Source of the DNA: an uncultured virus (IMG/VR IMGVR_UViG_3300043772_002095)
Lineage: Duplodnaviria; Heunggongvirae; Uroviricota; Caudoviricetes
Virus record (IMG/VR): IMGVR_UViG_3300043772_002095
Length of the DNA stretch: 64,000 nucleotides
Strand: one strand, 5' to 3'
Below the pieces are notes generated by a model. It saw nothing but the letters and a program-made list of their open reading frames with translations. It was not told the DNA's origin and did not search any database. This document shows positions 40,560 to 51,724 of this stretch, one piece after another (position 1 is the stretch's first letter; each line of letters starts with the position of its first letter). The translations under genes and the position numbers were made by a program.

Positions 40560-40596
40560 TCCCGACAATAATCCCGACATTGTGTCGGGATTTTTT
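40557..40596 (+). terminator. intrinsic terminator with duplicated 5' arm
   Basis: TAATCCCGACA twice, then TGTCGGGA followed by T6. Confidence 0.75.
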
Positions 40597-40629
40597 GTAT
40601 TATATTATATTTATAATAAAATAATAGTT

Positions 40630-41073
40630 ATGAGTTACGGAATAAACTTCCCGTTTAGAGATTCTTTTGTTGGAACATATTTTGATTTATCGGATTCGCA
40701 AGACGAGGAAATAAGGTCAAATCTTGTTCATTTATTACTAACCAGAAAGGGTACAAGGTATTATTTACCTGATTTCGGAACAAGATTGTATGAATATATT
40801 TTTGAACCATTAGACGGACCAACATTTTCACAATTAGAGTCTGAAATTAGAGATAGTGTTTCAGAGTATATACCAAATATGACAATAACGAGTATTGAAA
40901 TAAAAGACGCTTCAGAGGATGAAGAAAATAAAGGGACTTATGTTGACAATGGGGAAAGAGTGTATACCGTTCCAAATATAGGTATTAAAGAACATACCGC
41001 AAAAATAAAAATAGATTACATCATTACTGATAGTGTATTTAACGCTAGCGATTTTGTAATTATCAATATTTAA
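40630..41073 (+). CDS. baseplate wedge protein gp25-like
   Basis: GINFPF and LLLTRKGTRYYLPDFGTRLYEYIFEP; ATG at 40630. Confidence 0.9.
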   Translation: MSYGINFPFRDSFVGTYFDLSDSQDEEIRSNLVHLLLTRKGTRYYLPDFGTRLYEYIFEPLDGPTFSQLESEIRDSVSEYIPNMTITSIEIKDASEDEENKGTYVDNGERVYTVPNIGIKEHTAKIKIDYIITDSVFNASDFVIINI

Positions 41074-41078
41074 CTAAT

Positions 41079-42917
41079 ATGGCAAATAAAAAAATATCCT
41101 ACACTACAAGAGATTTTGATTCCATAAGAACAGAATTAATAAATTTTACAAAAATTTATTATCCTGAAGTAGTAGAAAATTTCAATGACGCCTCGATATT
41201 TTCGGTTTTAATTGATTTAAATGCTGCGGTAACAGATAATCTACAATTTAATATTGATAGGAGTATACAAGAAACGGTACTACAATACGCTCAACAAAAA
41301 TCTTCAGTATATAATATCGCAAGAACTTACGGATTAAAGATACCTGGGCAAAGACCATCAGTTGCGTTAGTTGATTTTTCAATAACGGTTCCGGCAAATG
41401 GTGATGCTGAGGATTTAAGGTATTGTGGTCTTTTACGAAGAGGGTCTCAAGTTATTGGTGCTGGACAAGTTTTTGAAACCGTATATGATATTGACTTTAC
41501 TTCACCAACAAACGCTGAAGGATATCCAAATAGAGTAAAAATACCAAATTTTGATAGTTTTAATAGATTGGTTAATTATACGATAACTAAAAGAGAAACC
41601 GTTGTTAATGGGATTACTAAAGTATTTAAGAAAGTTATCACCCCACAAGAAGTTAAACCATTTTACGAACTTTTTTTACCCGAAAAAAATGTTTTAGGTG
41701 TAACAAGTGTAATATTGAAGGATGGGACACAATACGCGAACGTTCCTAATTCGCAAGAATTTTTAAATACCGAGAACAGGTGGTACGAAGTTAAAGCTCT
41801 TGCTGAAGATAGGGTTTTTATTGAAGACCCTACAAAAACATCTGACAATCCGGGTATTAAAGTTGGAAAATACGTAACGGCGAATAATAAATTCATTACC
41901 GAATATACACCTGAAGGTTTTTGTAAACTAACTTTTGGCGGCGGTTCACAATCTGCTGACGAACAATTAAGAGAGTTCGCGAGAAACGGATATAAATTAG
42001 ATTTATATAAATATTCAAATAATTTCGCCTTAGGTAGTACCCTAAAACCTAACTCAACACTATTCATTCAATATAGAATTGGTGGAGGAACTACAAGTAA
42101 TTTAGGGGTTAATGTTATAACTCAAATTGGAACCGTATCATTTTTTGTAAACGGACCATCAACAAGCGTAAATGCTAATGTTGTCAATTCTTTAAGATGT
42201 AATAATGTGACGGCGGCTATTGGGGGTGCGGGTTTACCGACACTTGAAGAAATTAGAAATTTAGTTAGTTTTAATTTTGCGTCTCAAAATAGAGCAGTTA
42301 CGGTTAATGATTACGATTCTATTTTAAGAACAATGCCATCCCAATTCGGAGCTCCGGCTAAAGTGGCTATTGTTGAAGAAGATAATAAAATTAAAATAAA
42401 AATTCTTTCATTTGATGAAAATGGGGTATTAACAGACATTGTTTCAAACACTTTAAAAAGTAATATTGCTAATTATTTATCTAATTATAGAATGATGAAT
42501 GATTATATCTCAGTTGAAACCGCAAAAGTTATTGATTTATCATTAGGTATTGATATTGTGTTAGATAACACTCAAAACCAAGGAAACGTAATATCAAGTG
42601 TTGTCAATCTTGTTACTAATTATTTTTCACCCGACAATACGCAATTAGGTAAAAACGTTAATATATCAGAATTAAGAAGACAAATACAAAGTGAAAACGG
42701 GGTAATATCTTTATCAGACATTTCAGTTTTTAATAATGTAGGAGGACAATACTCATCATCTCAAACATCTCAAAGATATTCTAACCCGGCAACAAAACAA
42801 ATAGAGTTAATAGACGATACGATTTTCGCGGAACCAACACAAATATATCAAGTGAGATTTCCAAGTAGAGATATTAACATTAGAGTTAAAAATCTAAAAT
42901 CCGTTAATTTCTCCTGA
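41079..42917 (+). CDS. baseplate wedge protein gp6/J-like
   Basis: YTTRDFDSIR, YRIGGG and FASQNRAVTVNDY. Confidence 0.9.
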   Translation: MANKKISYTTRDFDSIRTELINFTKIYYPEVVENFNDASIFSVLIDLNAAVTDNLQFNIDRSIQETVLQYAQQKSSVYNIARTYGLKIPGQRPSVALVDFSITVPANGDAEDLRYCGLLRRGSQVIGAGQVFETVYDIDFTSPTNAEGYPNRVKIPNFDSFNRLVNYTITKRETVVNGITKVFKKVITPQEVKPFYELFLPEKNVLGVTSVILKDGTQYANVPNSQEFLNTENRWYEVKALAEDRVFIEDPTKTSDNPGIKVGKYVTANNKFITEYTPEGFCKLTFGGGSQSADEQLREFARNGYKLDLYKYSNNFALGSTLKPNSTLFIQYRIGGGTTSNLGVNVITQIGTVSFFVNGPSTSVNANVVNSLRCNNVTAAIGGAGLPTLEEIRNLVSFNFASQNRAVTVNDYDSILRTMPSQFGAPAKVAIVEEDNKIKIKILSFDENGVLTDIVSNTLKSNIANYLSNYRMMNDYISVETAKVIDLSLGIDIVLDNTQNQGNVISSVVNLVTNYFSPDNTQLGKNVNISELRRQIQSENGVISLSDISVFNNVGGQYSSSQTSQRYSNPATKQIELIDDTIFAEPTQIYQVRFPSRDINIRVKNLKSVNFS

Positions 42918-42998
42918 TAATTTATTTTATTAAATCGTAAACTATATTTTTGAAAAATAGGTCATAAACTATTTATCAAAAAAAAGATTATTAAGTAA

Positions 42999-45900
42999 AT
43001 GTCAAATTCATATAGGGTTAGAACCGAAGTAGGTAAGGACAAATCAATTAAAGTATTATTAGACCAAGATTTTGAGTTTTTAGAAGTTTTGTCTTTTAAA
43101 ATTAGTCAAACAGACATTTATACAAGACAATGTTCAGATTACGGCGTTGTTATAGGTAGAGTTACGACTAATGGAGGGTTTGGAATACCTAACTCTAAAG
43201 TTTCTATCTTTGTTCCATTAACCGATGAAGATGAAAACAATCCAGTAATAACCGAATTATATCCTTATAAAAAATTAACGGATACTAATGATGATGGTTA
43301 TAGATATAATCTCCTACCTAAAGTTAAATCATATAGTGAACATTCACCGACAGGTAGTTTTTTTACAAAAGATGAAGTACTAACTAACCAAACAATAATT
43401 GAGGTTTTTGACAAATATTATAAATATACTTCAGTAACGAATGATAGTGGTGATTTTATGATTTTTGGTGTTCCTGTAGGACAACAACAAATTCATATGG
43501 ATGTTGACTTGTCTGATATTGGAGAATTTTCACAATCACCACAAGATTTAATCAGGGTTGGTGTTGCTAATGAAGAACAAGTCGCCGGCACTAAATTTAA
43601 AACCGCGTCTAATTTATCTAGATTACCGCAAATTGTAACAATTGATAAACAAACAAATGTTGAGCCGTTATGGGGACAACCCGAAGTATGTAATTTAGGT
43701 ATAACTAGAGTTGATTTTGATTTATCTGAAGAATTAAATATTACAATACAACCTACAGCAATTTTTATGGGGTCGATGATATCCGACTTAGAAACATTGT
43801 CATTAAGAAAAAATTGTAAACCAAAATTTAAACAAGGTGAGTTATGTAATTTAGTTGCAGGACCCGGACAAATTTTGGCGATAAGACAAACAATATTCGA
43901 TGATTCAAATGGTAGACCAATACTTGAAAGTTTTGATTTGGACAATGGGGGTCAAGTAATAGATGAAGACGGAACTTGGTTGTTAGATATACCAATGAAT
44001 ATGGATTATATAACAACAAATGAGTTCGGAGAAAGAGTAATCTCAAACGATCCAAAAATAGGTGTACCAACAACTGCTAAATATAGATTTAAAGTAAAAT
44101 GGAATCAATCACCATCTTTATCTGAAAACATAAAAAGAGGGTATTTTTTAGTACCGAATATTAGAGAATATGGTTGGGATTCCGCAGGAAATTCTGTGGA
44201 TGTAAATTTACAACAAAAATCTTATTCTTTTAGTCTTGATTGGGATGATTATGCTGACACACAATCGGCAATTGATTGCGAAGACACATTCTACCCTATG
44301 GTATATAATAAAGTGTATACGGTATCTCAAATGATTGATAGGTTTAGAACAGGAACATTACCAAATAGATTTGTATCTATAAAAAACGTTCTTGATGATA
44401 GATGTGAAAGCGAACATAATAAGTTCCCGACAAACGACTCAGTATATAGGAGCGATATATTATTTCTATTATTTCAACTACTAATGTTAGTTACTAGAGT
44501 ACTCGCAATACCTTTAATACTTGTAATACACGTAGTTTTTTTTATCTTAGATATTATTAAAAATTTTGGAATTATTGTTGCGGCTTTTTTTCTATATTTG
44601 GGAGTACAATCGATAATTGATGGAGGAACAACAATAGCATCCGCGTGGGCAACAGGGATAAGTCCAGCAGGTCCTGTTGTCACTTTTAATTTTCAGACAT
44701 TATTATTAGGTTTGAATATTTTAGCTAGTGGGGTTTTTAAAATAGGTGTTGCGGTTGGATTGGTGGCGCTTTACCAAAAATTACAAGACGCTAAATTGTC
44801 GGGTTTGAATATTCCATTATTATTATATGATCAATGTGAATTTTGTAATTGTTCCGACTCCCCCTCAATAAGTGCTCCAACAATAAATACCCCTTCCGAT
44901 TTTATACCTAGTGGTGTTAATTTAAATACCGATTTAGAGACCATCACAATTTTAAGTTTTAATAGTTCATCATATAATCAAGGAACCGCGAATCAAAATA
45001 TTAATAATACTAACAACGTGTTAGGAGGATACCCAACTACAACAATACCTAGTTGTGAAACAAAAATACCCTACATATATCAAGGTTCTTTGGGTTCTGA
45101 CCAATATTATTATTTTAGTAGTAGTTTAACATTACCCGAAAGAATAAATTTATTTAACACAAAGGCGAAATATTTCGAAAATTCGCCAACAAATCCTGGT
45201 GGGGGGGTTAACCAGATTAAAGTTAGAATAGAACCGACATTAAATCCTGACCCTAATGATTATCATACCGATAATGTTTTAGTTATTCTTTTAGATAAAT
45301 ATAGTATTGATTATATTAGCCCCGGAATGATAATGACATTCCAAAACCCTGATTTAAGTACCGATAAGAATTTAACCGGATCCACCCAAAACGCTTTTAG
45401 TAATAACGCGGTTACTGGGACATCTTTAAATAACACAAACATAAATATAAATTATGTAAAATCTAATGGGATAACTGGCAGTGCTACCTATCAAATCCCT
45501 CCACCAAACCCTAATGACACGAATTACAGCAAATATCCTTCAGACATTGAGTATTTTCAAGTAATCACCGCAATGACATATAGCGATTTTAATTCTCAAT
45601 GTGACACATCGTTAGATAATTCGTTAAACAAGAGATATCTTAATAATGATATGAGGATTAATCGACTTAATATCGATTCTAACCCATCAAATAATAATTG
45701 TGTTACAGACACTAGCGATAACCCTTTAACGTCCTATACCGAGTATCAACAACAGATAGTTTTATTTCTGGTAAGAGGGGTAGACCCATATTCAACTAGA
45801 GTCGATATTGAATATGATTTAAGTAAAATATTTGGTTATTCTAATTTTGGTTTTATTAAATTTAGAGGAAATTATAAGTTAAATATACCTATAAACGGAG

Positions 45901-47975
45901 GATTTAAAAATGTGAGACATAGTTTAGCTACTAATAGTGACAACGACATATACTCAAATATGGATTTATATTATGATACTTTTAATTACCAACCATCGAG
46001 TTTCTTACAATTTAATAGTGTTTTACCAAAATACTATTCTAATTTAGATAATAATAATTCCTTATTTACACCATCGTGCTCTTGTTTTGTATCGGTATCT
46101 ACGGGTGCGGAAACAAGCTCTAATGGACTTAGAGTTAATATAAACAATCATTTTACTAGAGAGTGGAACGTTATTGAAACGGTTCCTTGTACATATTATA
46201 AATTTGAATTTAATAATATAATATTTACGCCGACCCAAAATAGAGGTTATTATATTAATGAAATAGTTGAAGGGGGGTCATTAATGATGATGGATGCAAC
46301 AATTCCTTATCCTACGTCACCATTAAATCCTGTAGTTTATGCTGGTTATATATCACCAATATATGATACTTCATCTCCAATGTACTTTGATGGGGGGATT
46401 AGTGGAAGAAAAATTGTTATGAGATCCGATAGATTACCCACATCGACTAATAAAATAGATAATTGTGATACGTCTTTATTATTACAACAAAATGATAACT
46501 TTACAATTTACAAAATTTCCGATGATGGGGTTATTCCTAATAATATATCGGGAACAAATCCATCAACAAGTCCTGGAAATTATGACGGAGACCCCACAAC
46601 CGCAATAAATAGTCAAGTTGTTGAAAGTTTAAATAATTGTGATAAAAGTGTTAATTTGGGGTGTTATGGGTACTCAAATGGAGAGTTTTATGTTCAGTAC
46701 GGTGATTGTCAAAAAATGGGGGGAAAACAAATTTTTAATAACGGATGTTATATTATAGTAACCAGACCATTTCTATCAATAGTGGACGATATTAAATTAT
46801 TTACCGAATGGATGTCAAGAACAAATATAACATTCGCAGCGTGTAGAAATGTTTTTTCACACGTTTTTACAAATAATTGGATTAACGGTACATTATACGC
46901 ACCTTCATTTAAAAATGAAAGGTTTTTTGATTCTAACAATCAGCCTTATAGTGATATTTGTACTAAAATGATTTATCTTAATAATAATGATAAAAACTTC
47001 TATTACAGAAGTACCCCTTATTATTCGGGGGCTAGCGAACAATATTTTATTGGAATATCTTCAGGACAAGATGGTAATATTAGAAATTTAAAAAATCCCA
47101 CAACAATTATTGATTTGGGACCTAGAAATAACTATATACAAGAAATTATATATTCCGATAAATATGATGGTTATATTCTTAACAGACTAAACACAACCAC
47201 TTTTGGTGATGTTTCAGATGTTGTTAATATTTTTGTTTTATCTAGATTGGCAAACACCTCAATAGGAAGTCAGATGATAGGAGGGACTAACATTCTTAGA
47301 TTTTTTAGTAGAAGTAATAAATTTGTTGACGCTGACTACGCTCAAATGGTTTCTATAAATTCCGAGTTAGGTGTCAATGAATTTGATTCGGCAAATTATC
47401 CAACCAATCCAACAGGACAAGACCCTATATATTTTAATAATGGTAACTCTAGCGATGGAATTTTTGGAATATTTTTCTCATCAGATACTCAAATTAGAGA
47501 TTTTATTTCACCAAGAAGAGAAATTATCGATACTACAGCACCAATAACACAACAATGTTCATTTAACAATATACCAACTTTTTCACAAGAAATACCTTTA
47601 TATCAATGGGAGATTAAACAAAATCCTTCAGGGGATAGTATTTTTGGGTCCCAAAAAAATGAATGGTATTCGGATAAAATAGATAATAAGTTTTTAAGTT
47701 ATAGATATCAGACTTTAGATAGACTCAACGCATCCTCAAGGTATTTTAGGGGTAATGGAAGTACTACAGATTATTTTAAAGGATATATATTCTCAAGAAA
47801 CCCCTCAACGGGAGAATTAGACCCAAATCCTAACTCACAAAGCGGTAATTATCCCTTACCAAGGGTTATTACGGTAGGGGCTCCGTATTATTTTTATTTT
47901 GGACTTAAAAAAGGTAGAAGTTCATTTGACAAATTTTATAGGAAATGGATAAATAGTGATAATGTAATAGATTAA
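42999..47975 (+). CDS. large virion/baseplate-associated protein with an internal hydrophobic segment
   Basis: N-terminal prealbumin-like VVIGRV...TNDSGDFMIFGVPVG; hydrophobic stretch near aa 487-590. Confidence 0.6.
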   Translation: MSNSYRVRTEVGKDKSIKVLLDQDFEFLEVLSFKISQTDIYTRQCSDYGVVIGRVTTNGGFGIPNSKVSIFVPLTDEDENNPVITELYPYKKLTDTNDDGYRYNLLPKVKSYSEHSPTGSFFTKDEVLTNQTIIEVFDKYYKYTSVTNDSGDFMIFGVPVGQQQIHMDVDLSDIGEFSQSPQDLIRVGVANEEQVAGTKFKTASNLSRLPQIVTIDKQTNVEPLWGQPEVCNLGITRVDFDLSEELNITIQPTAIFMGSMISDLETLSLRKNCKPKFKQGELCNLVAGPGQILAIRQTIFDDSNGRPILESFDLDNGGQVIDEDGTWLLDIPMNMDYITTNEFGERVISNDPKIGVPTTAKYRFKVKWNQSPSLSENIKRGYFLVPNIREYGWDSAGNSVDVNLQQKSYSFSLDWDDYADTQSAIDCEDTFYPMVYNKVYTVSQMIDRFRTGTLPNRFVSIKNVLDDRCESEHNKFPTNDSVYRSDILFLLFQLLMLVTRVLAIPLILVIHVVFFILDIIKNFGIIVAAFFLYLGVQSIIDGGTTIASAWATGISPAGPVVTFNFQTLLLGLNILASGVFKIGVAVGLVALYQKLQDAKLSGLNIPLLLYDQCEFCNCSDSPSISAPTINTPSDFIPSGVNLNTDLETITILSFNSSSYNQGTANQNINNTNNVLGGYPTTTIPSCETKIPYIYQGSLGSDQYYYFSSSLTLPERINLFNTKAKYFENSPTNPGGGVNQIKVRIEPTLNPDPNDYHTDNVLVILLDKYSIDYISPGMIMTFQNPDLSTDKNLTGSTQNAFSNNAVTGTSLNNTNININYVKSNGITGSATYQIPPPNPNDTNYSKYPSDIEYFQVITAMTYSDFNSQCDTSLDNSLNKRYLNNDMRINRLNIDSNPSNNNCVTDTSDNPLTSYTEYQQQIVLFLVRGVDPYSTRVDIEYDLSKIFGYSNFGFIKFRGNYKLNIPINGGFKNVRHSLATNSDNDIYSNMDLYYDTFNYQPSSFLQFNSVLPKYYSNLDNNNSLFTPSCSCFVSVSTGAETSSNGLRVNINNHFTREWNVIETVPCTYYKFEFNNIIFTPTQNRGYYINEIVEGGSLMMMDATIPYPTSPLNPVVYAGYISPIYDTSSPMYFDGGISGRKIVMRSDRLPTSTNKIDNCDTSLLLQQNDNFTIYKISDDGVIPNNISGTNPSTSPGNYDGDPTTAINSQVVESLNNCDKSVNLGCYGYSNGEFYVQYGDCQKMGGKQIFNNGCYIIVTRPFLSIVDDIKLFTEWMSRTNITFAACRNVFSHVFTNNWINGTLYAPSFKNERFFDSNNQPYSDICTKMIYLNNNDKNFYYRSTPYYSGASEQYFIGISSGQDGNIRNLKNPTTIIDLGPRNNYIQEIIYSDKYDGYILNRLNTTTFGDVSDVVNIFVLSRLANTSIGSQMIGGTNILRFFSRSNKFVDADYAQMVSINSELGVNEFDSANYPTNPTGQDPIYFNNGNSSDGIFGIFFSSDTQIRDFISPRREIIDTTAPITQQCSFNNIPTFSQEIPLYQWEIKQNPSGDSIFGSQKNEWYSDKIDNKFLSYRYQTLDRLNASSRYFRGNGSTTDYFKGYIFSRNPSTGELDPNPNSQSGNYPLPRVITVGAPYYFYFGLKKGRSSFDKFYRKWINSDNVID

Positions 47976-47976
47976 G

Positions 47977-49716
47977 ATGGGTAACAGATTTGAAAATAGA
48001 ATAGTATTACCTAATTTAAGGTATAAAACGGCACCTAAAAAAGATTCCGAATATAAATTACCATTAGCTCAAACTTCAAAACTTTTAATCGAATACGATA
48101 GAAGTGTTGTTGTCGGATTACAGGATGTTTTTGACAAAGAAAGGCAAGAATCGACAATATTTAGACCCGCGGCTAAATTTAGTGTGATATTTAAAAATTC
48201 GTACGCGGGTTTTACTAATTACCCTCCTTTTGAGAATAACTTATCCTATATAAATGCTAAACAATCTGCGATAGATTCTTGCCCACCTAACCCAAGTGTT
48301 GCGTGGAGCGGTTTTCCACTATATAATGAATTTGACTTTATAAGAACTGATAATAATGTTGAAGGGTATACACAACCACCTGACGAGCATTTAAAATTTT
48401 CAAATATAAGCGCGTCAACTTATAATTGGAATTTTTTTCTCAGCTACCCTTTTAGTAATTCAACGACAAGAAAATTATACTATATAAATCAAAATAATGT
48501 TACAATTGATTGGATTTGTTCTGAAGGTATACCATTTATAATTGAAACGGGTAATGAGAATGGAATAAATATAATATCGTTTAAATGTCCTGTTAAACAC
48601 GGATTATCCGTGGGAGAGGCGGTTAAATTAAGTATTGATTATGACGGTGATGATACATTTGAAATCGATTCTTTAGGTAATGGAACTTCAGGAAGTGATG
48701 AATATTATTTTAACATAATAAACGTTGGTTACACGGGAACAACATTCAATAGTAACGTTACCGGAACAGCTAAAAGGGTTGTAGTTAAAGATAATCCTAC
48801 AGACACCACTTCAAAATACTACGTTAAAAGACATAAAATATTAACAGATTTATCTGAATCGATATTAGTTAAGGCCGGTTTTGAGCAAAATATATTTGGA
48901 ACTAAAAAAAAGTATGAAAGTGCGTCACTAACACCTGACAATAAAGAAAAAATAACCACAATTGAAGGTTCACAATCCTATACTTTATCATTTAATAATG
49001 ATATAGACGTTAGTGAATTATTAGATAATCAAAAAAGACCTATAACGGAATTATTTTTCACCGCTATTTGGGTTGGATATTTTGGATGGACTGACGGGTT
49101 AAAACAAGGTTGGGAATTTAATTTACCATTAAGTCCTGCGAACCTACAACCTAATATTTGGTGGGATAAAACAAGTTCACCATCTTCGGCGTCAAATACT
49201 GGAATACAAACATCCGCATATACGACAACATTAGGTTCAGGACCTTTTAAATATAATAAATCTTTAAAGAATGGGGATTTAATAGATGGCGATTTTTGCG
49301 AGTGGAATGATTATGAACAACAAGAAAGAGTGTTATCAAAAATATATCATAAATTCACTTTCAACGGGACACATTTTAAAATTAATTCTGTGATTCCCAC
49401 AAACCCTTTAGGATATTATTATCAACCACATCACCCAATAACTCTTAGAGTGTTTTCACCATATATTGAAGAGGGAGATACAACAGGAGTTAACATACCT
49501 AATTACTCATATTATTCAACAACCGTACAAAAATTTATTTGGAGAGACATATACTCTTATGGTTTTATTGATAGTGATTTTATTGGGGTTAATTATCCAT
49601 TTTTAAATGGTAAACATTATCCTTTTACTAATATTATTTTTAGAATAATACCGGAAGGAACTAATTATAATGAACAGACAATAATAGCCGAACCTACGAT
49701 AGATGATTGTGAATGA
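47977..49716 (+). CDS. putative baseplate/tail structural protein
   Basis: 579-aa ORF in the coupled structural operon; KHGLSVGEAV beta motif. Confidence 0.55.
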   Translation: MGNRFENRIVLPNLRYKTAPKKDSEYKLPLAQTSKLLIEYDRSVVVGLQDVFDKERQESTIFRPAAKFSVIFKNSYAGFTNYPPFENNLSYINAKQSAIDSCPPNPSVAWSGFPLYNEFDFIRTDNNVEGYTQPPDEHLKFSNISASTYNWNFFLSYPFSNSTTRKLYYINQNNVTIDWICSEGIPFIIETGNENGINIISFKCPVKHGLSVGEAVKLSIDYDGDDTFEIDSLGNGTSGSDEYYFNIINVGYTGTTFNSNVTGTAKRVVVKDNPTDTTSKYYVKRHKILTDLSESILVKAGFEQNIFGTKKKYESASLTPDNKEKITTIEGSQSYTLSFNNDIDVSELLDNQKRPITELFFTAIWVGYFGWTDGLKQGWEFNLPLSPANLQPNIWWDKTSSPSSASNTGIQTSAYTTTLGSGPFKYNKSLKNGDLIDGDFCEWNDYEQQERVLSKIYHKFTFNGTHFKINSVIPTNPLGYYYQPHHPITLRVFSPYIEEGDTTGVNIPNYSYYSTTVQKFIWRDIYSYGFIDSDFIGVNYPFLNGKHYPFTNIIFRIIPEGTNYNEQTIIAEPTIDDCE

Positions 49717-50533
49717 TAAATATTATTTTACTTTACCTAGTGGTGATACCTCCTTTAATATTCCTATAGAGTTAAAATGGGATTATTTGGGTAAAGACGA
49801 TTTAATTGAAATTTATGAAGACCAAGTAGTAACAGAAATAGTTGGTGCTCCTGAAGATTTTGAGGTTAGTAGATATTCTCACGATCCTTACACTAACGGG
49901 GCTGAACCTGTTACATTAACAAAAATAAAATACGAATTTAATTTTTATAATATAACATCACCTGTGACAGCTTCAACATCACCCTCAAATTGGGTTAATA
50001 GTTATGTTTTTGATAGTTATGTTAGCGACGGGTTCTCAACCTCACAAGTGTATTATTTTGAAAAACCTTTCACAAAATCATTTTTTAAATTGGATTTTTA
50101 TGATAGTGCGGATAGTGCTAAACAGACTAATTATCTAACGATAATATTACCAACACAACAAGGAGATACTGAAACTAAAACAATCTCAACTTACAAACCA
50201 CCCGTTAAAATAAAGAAACCTTATTTTAATTTGGATTTTATTGGTGATAAAGAAGGTTTTTTTATATATTGGTTAAGAGATAGTGGATTTTTAAATATTA
50301 ATACTTTCTATATGACCGCAAAATTTTTTGACGCAAGAAGAGGGGAGTATGTGAAAATGATGACCACCCCACAATCATCTTTATCGGATAAATTTAACTT
50401 TAGACCCGATAGATACTTTTATTATAAAGTTGTTTTAGATAAATCGAAAAAAACTTATAAAGTTTTTAATTATTCAAACAATAGAGTCGGAACAACTCAA
50501 CCCATAAAATGGTATGAATATGTTAATCCTTAA
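49703..50533 (+). CDS. putative structural protein
   Basis: 276-aa coupled ORF. Confidence 0.55.
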   Translation: MIVNDKYYFTLPSGDTSFNIPIELKWDYLGKDDLIEIYEDQVVTEIVGAPEDFEVSRYSHDPYTNGAEPVTLTKIKYEFNFYNITSPVTASTSPSNWVNSYVFDSYVSDGFSTSQVYYFEKPFTKSFFKLDFYDSADSAKQTNYLTIILPTQQGDTETKTISTYKPPVKIKKPYFNLDFIGDKEGFFIYWLRDSGFLNINTFYMTAKFFDARRGEYVKMMTTPQSSLSDKFNFRPDRYFYYKVVLDKSKKTYKVFNYSNNRVGTTQPIKWYEYVNP

Positions 50534-51708
50534 TGGAAGATAGAAAATATTATATAAAAATATCACCTGAAGTTGTTAATACTATTTATCCTGTAACTTA
50601 TAGTTATGGTGAAATATTTCCTAATATTATTGATGACCCTTGTTGTGATATAGTTACAACAACCACAACCTCAAAGTATACTGGTATAACTTATGTGTAT
50701 TCATCGATGACGCAAGTTTTATCGGGAGGGACGGGACAAACATCATTGTTAACAGGGTTAACAATACCTATATTATTAACTCAAGAAACAATTGATTTGG
50801 GTTATTATAGTGTTTTTGATGGGGCGGTTTTACAAAAAGATACGATGTTAAATTTTTTATTTTCATCAACAACTATAGACCCTTACACTTACTATTTTTA
50901 CAACACTTATGATAGTGATAAAAAATACTTACAATTTAGTGATTTTAATTTAGATTGGGGTGACGGAACGCCAATACAGACAATAACCACTTCATCACCT
51001 GATTATTATATCCATACTTACGGATCTAATGGTAATTTTACAATAACCTTTTCGGGGGTAAGTCCTTGGGGTGTTAATATAATAAAAAAAGATATAATAG
51101 TACCATTTACAGATGCGGTTATATCAAACCCATACGGAACCGCAACCTTTTATCCTCAAGGGGGCAACTGGTCGGCAACACCTGTTAATTACGACTATAT
51201 TTTTACAGGAGATTCGTATTGTGATGCGGACTCACAAATTAGTAGTAACTATACCACGGTACCATTTTTAGTTACGGGATATACAACATCATCCGTTAAT
51301 GATTTACAACAATATGGACCTAAAACAAGTTTATATGCTGGTAAATTTAAACTCGGTATACAAGTTACCGGAACTTCAGGGTGTATTGGTACATTCTTCG
51401 GACCTTCTTCAGATAATTCTTATACATCATATACAATAAACGACATTTCATATAAGGATTATTCAGGAGGAACTACAATTTTTGAGGTATCATCATCCGG
51501 TTATACTCAAGACATGTTAATTTGTTCCGCAATAACCAAAGACGAGGTTTTATTAAATGTTATTGACGAACCATTAATTCAAAGTGATGTAATGGTTGAA
51601 AGAGGTAAAATATCGGCACTTGAAAGTTTGCAAAGATTGGGAGAAGTTGATAATGTTGGAGATTTAACCAAATATGGGTATAAGTTTTTTAATATAATAA
51701 ATGAATAA
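50533..51708 (+). CDS. structural protein with PKD-like domain and short Thr tract
   Basis: LDWGDGT...HTY PKD-like signature; DPCCDIVTTTTTS. Confidence 0.6.
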   Translation: MEDRKYYIKISPEVVNTIYPVTYSYGEIFPNIIDDPCCDIVTTTTTSKYTGITYVYSSMTQVLSGGTGQTSLLTGLTIPILLTQETIDLGYYSVFDGAVLQKDTMLNFLFSSTTIDPYTYYFYNTYDSDKKYLQFSDFNLDWGDGTPIQTITTSSPDYYIHTYGSNGNFTITFSGVSPWGVNIIKKDIIVPFTDAVISNPYGTATFYPQGGNWSATPVNYDYIFTGDSYCDADSQISSNYTTVPFLVTGYTTSSVNDLQQYGPKTSLYAGKFKLGIQVTGTSGCIGTFFGPSSDNSYTSYTINDISYKDYSGGTTIFEVSSSGYTQDMLICSAITKDEVLLNVIDEPLIQSDVMVERGKISALESLQRLGEVDNVGDLTKYGYKFFNIINE

Positions 51709-51724
51709 TTAAGTATTTATAAAT

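Noticed and set aside
40534..40629. N-terminal extension of the gp25-like ORF
   Set aside because: It overlaps the nrdA end and the terminator; ATG 40630 follows the upstream motif.
8209..42917. Bacterial contractile injection system (eCIS/tailocin) rather than a phage
   Set aside because: Neck genes, replication genes, RNR and homing endonucleases indicate a replicating phage.
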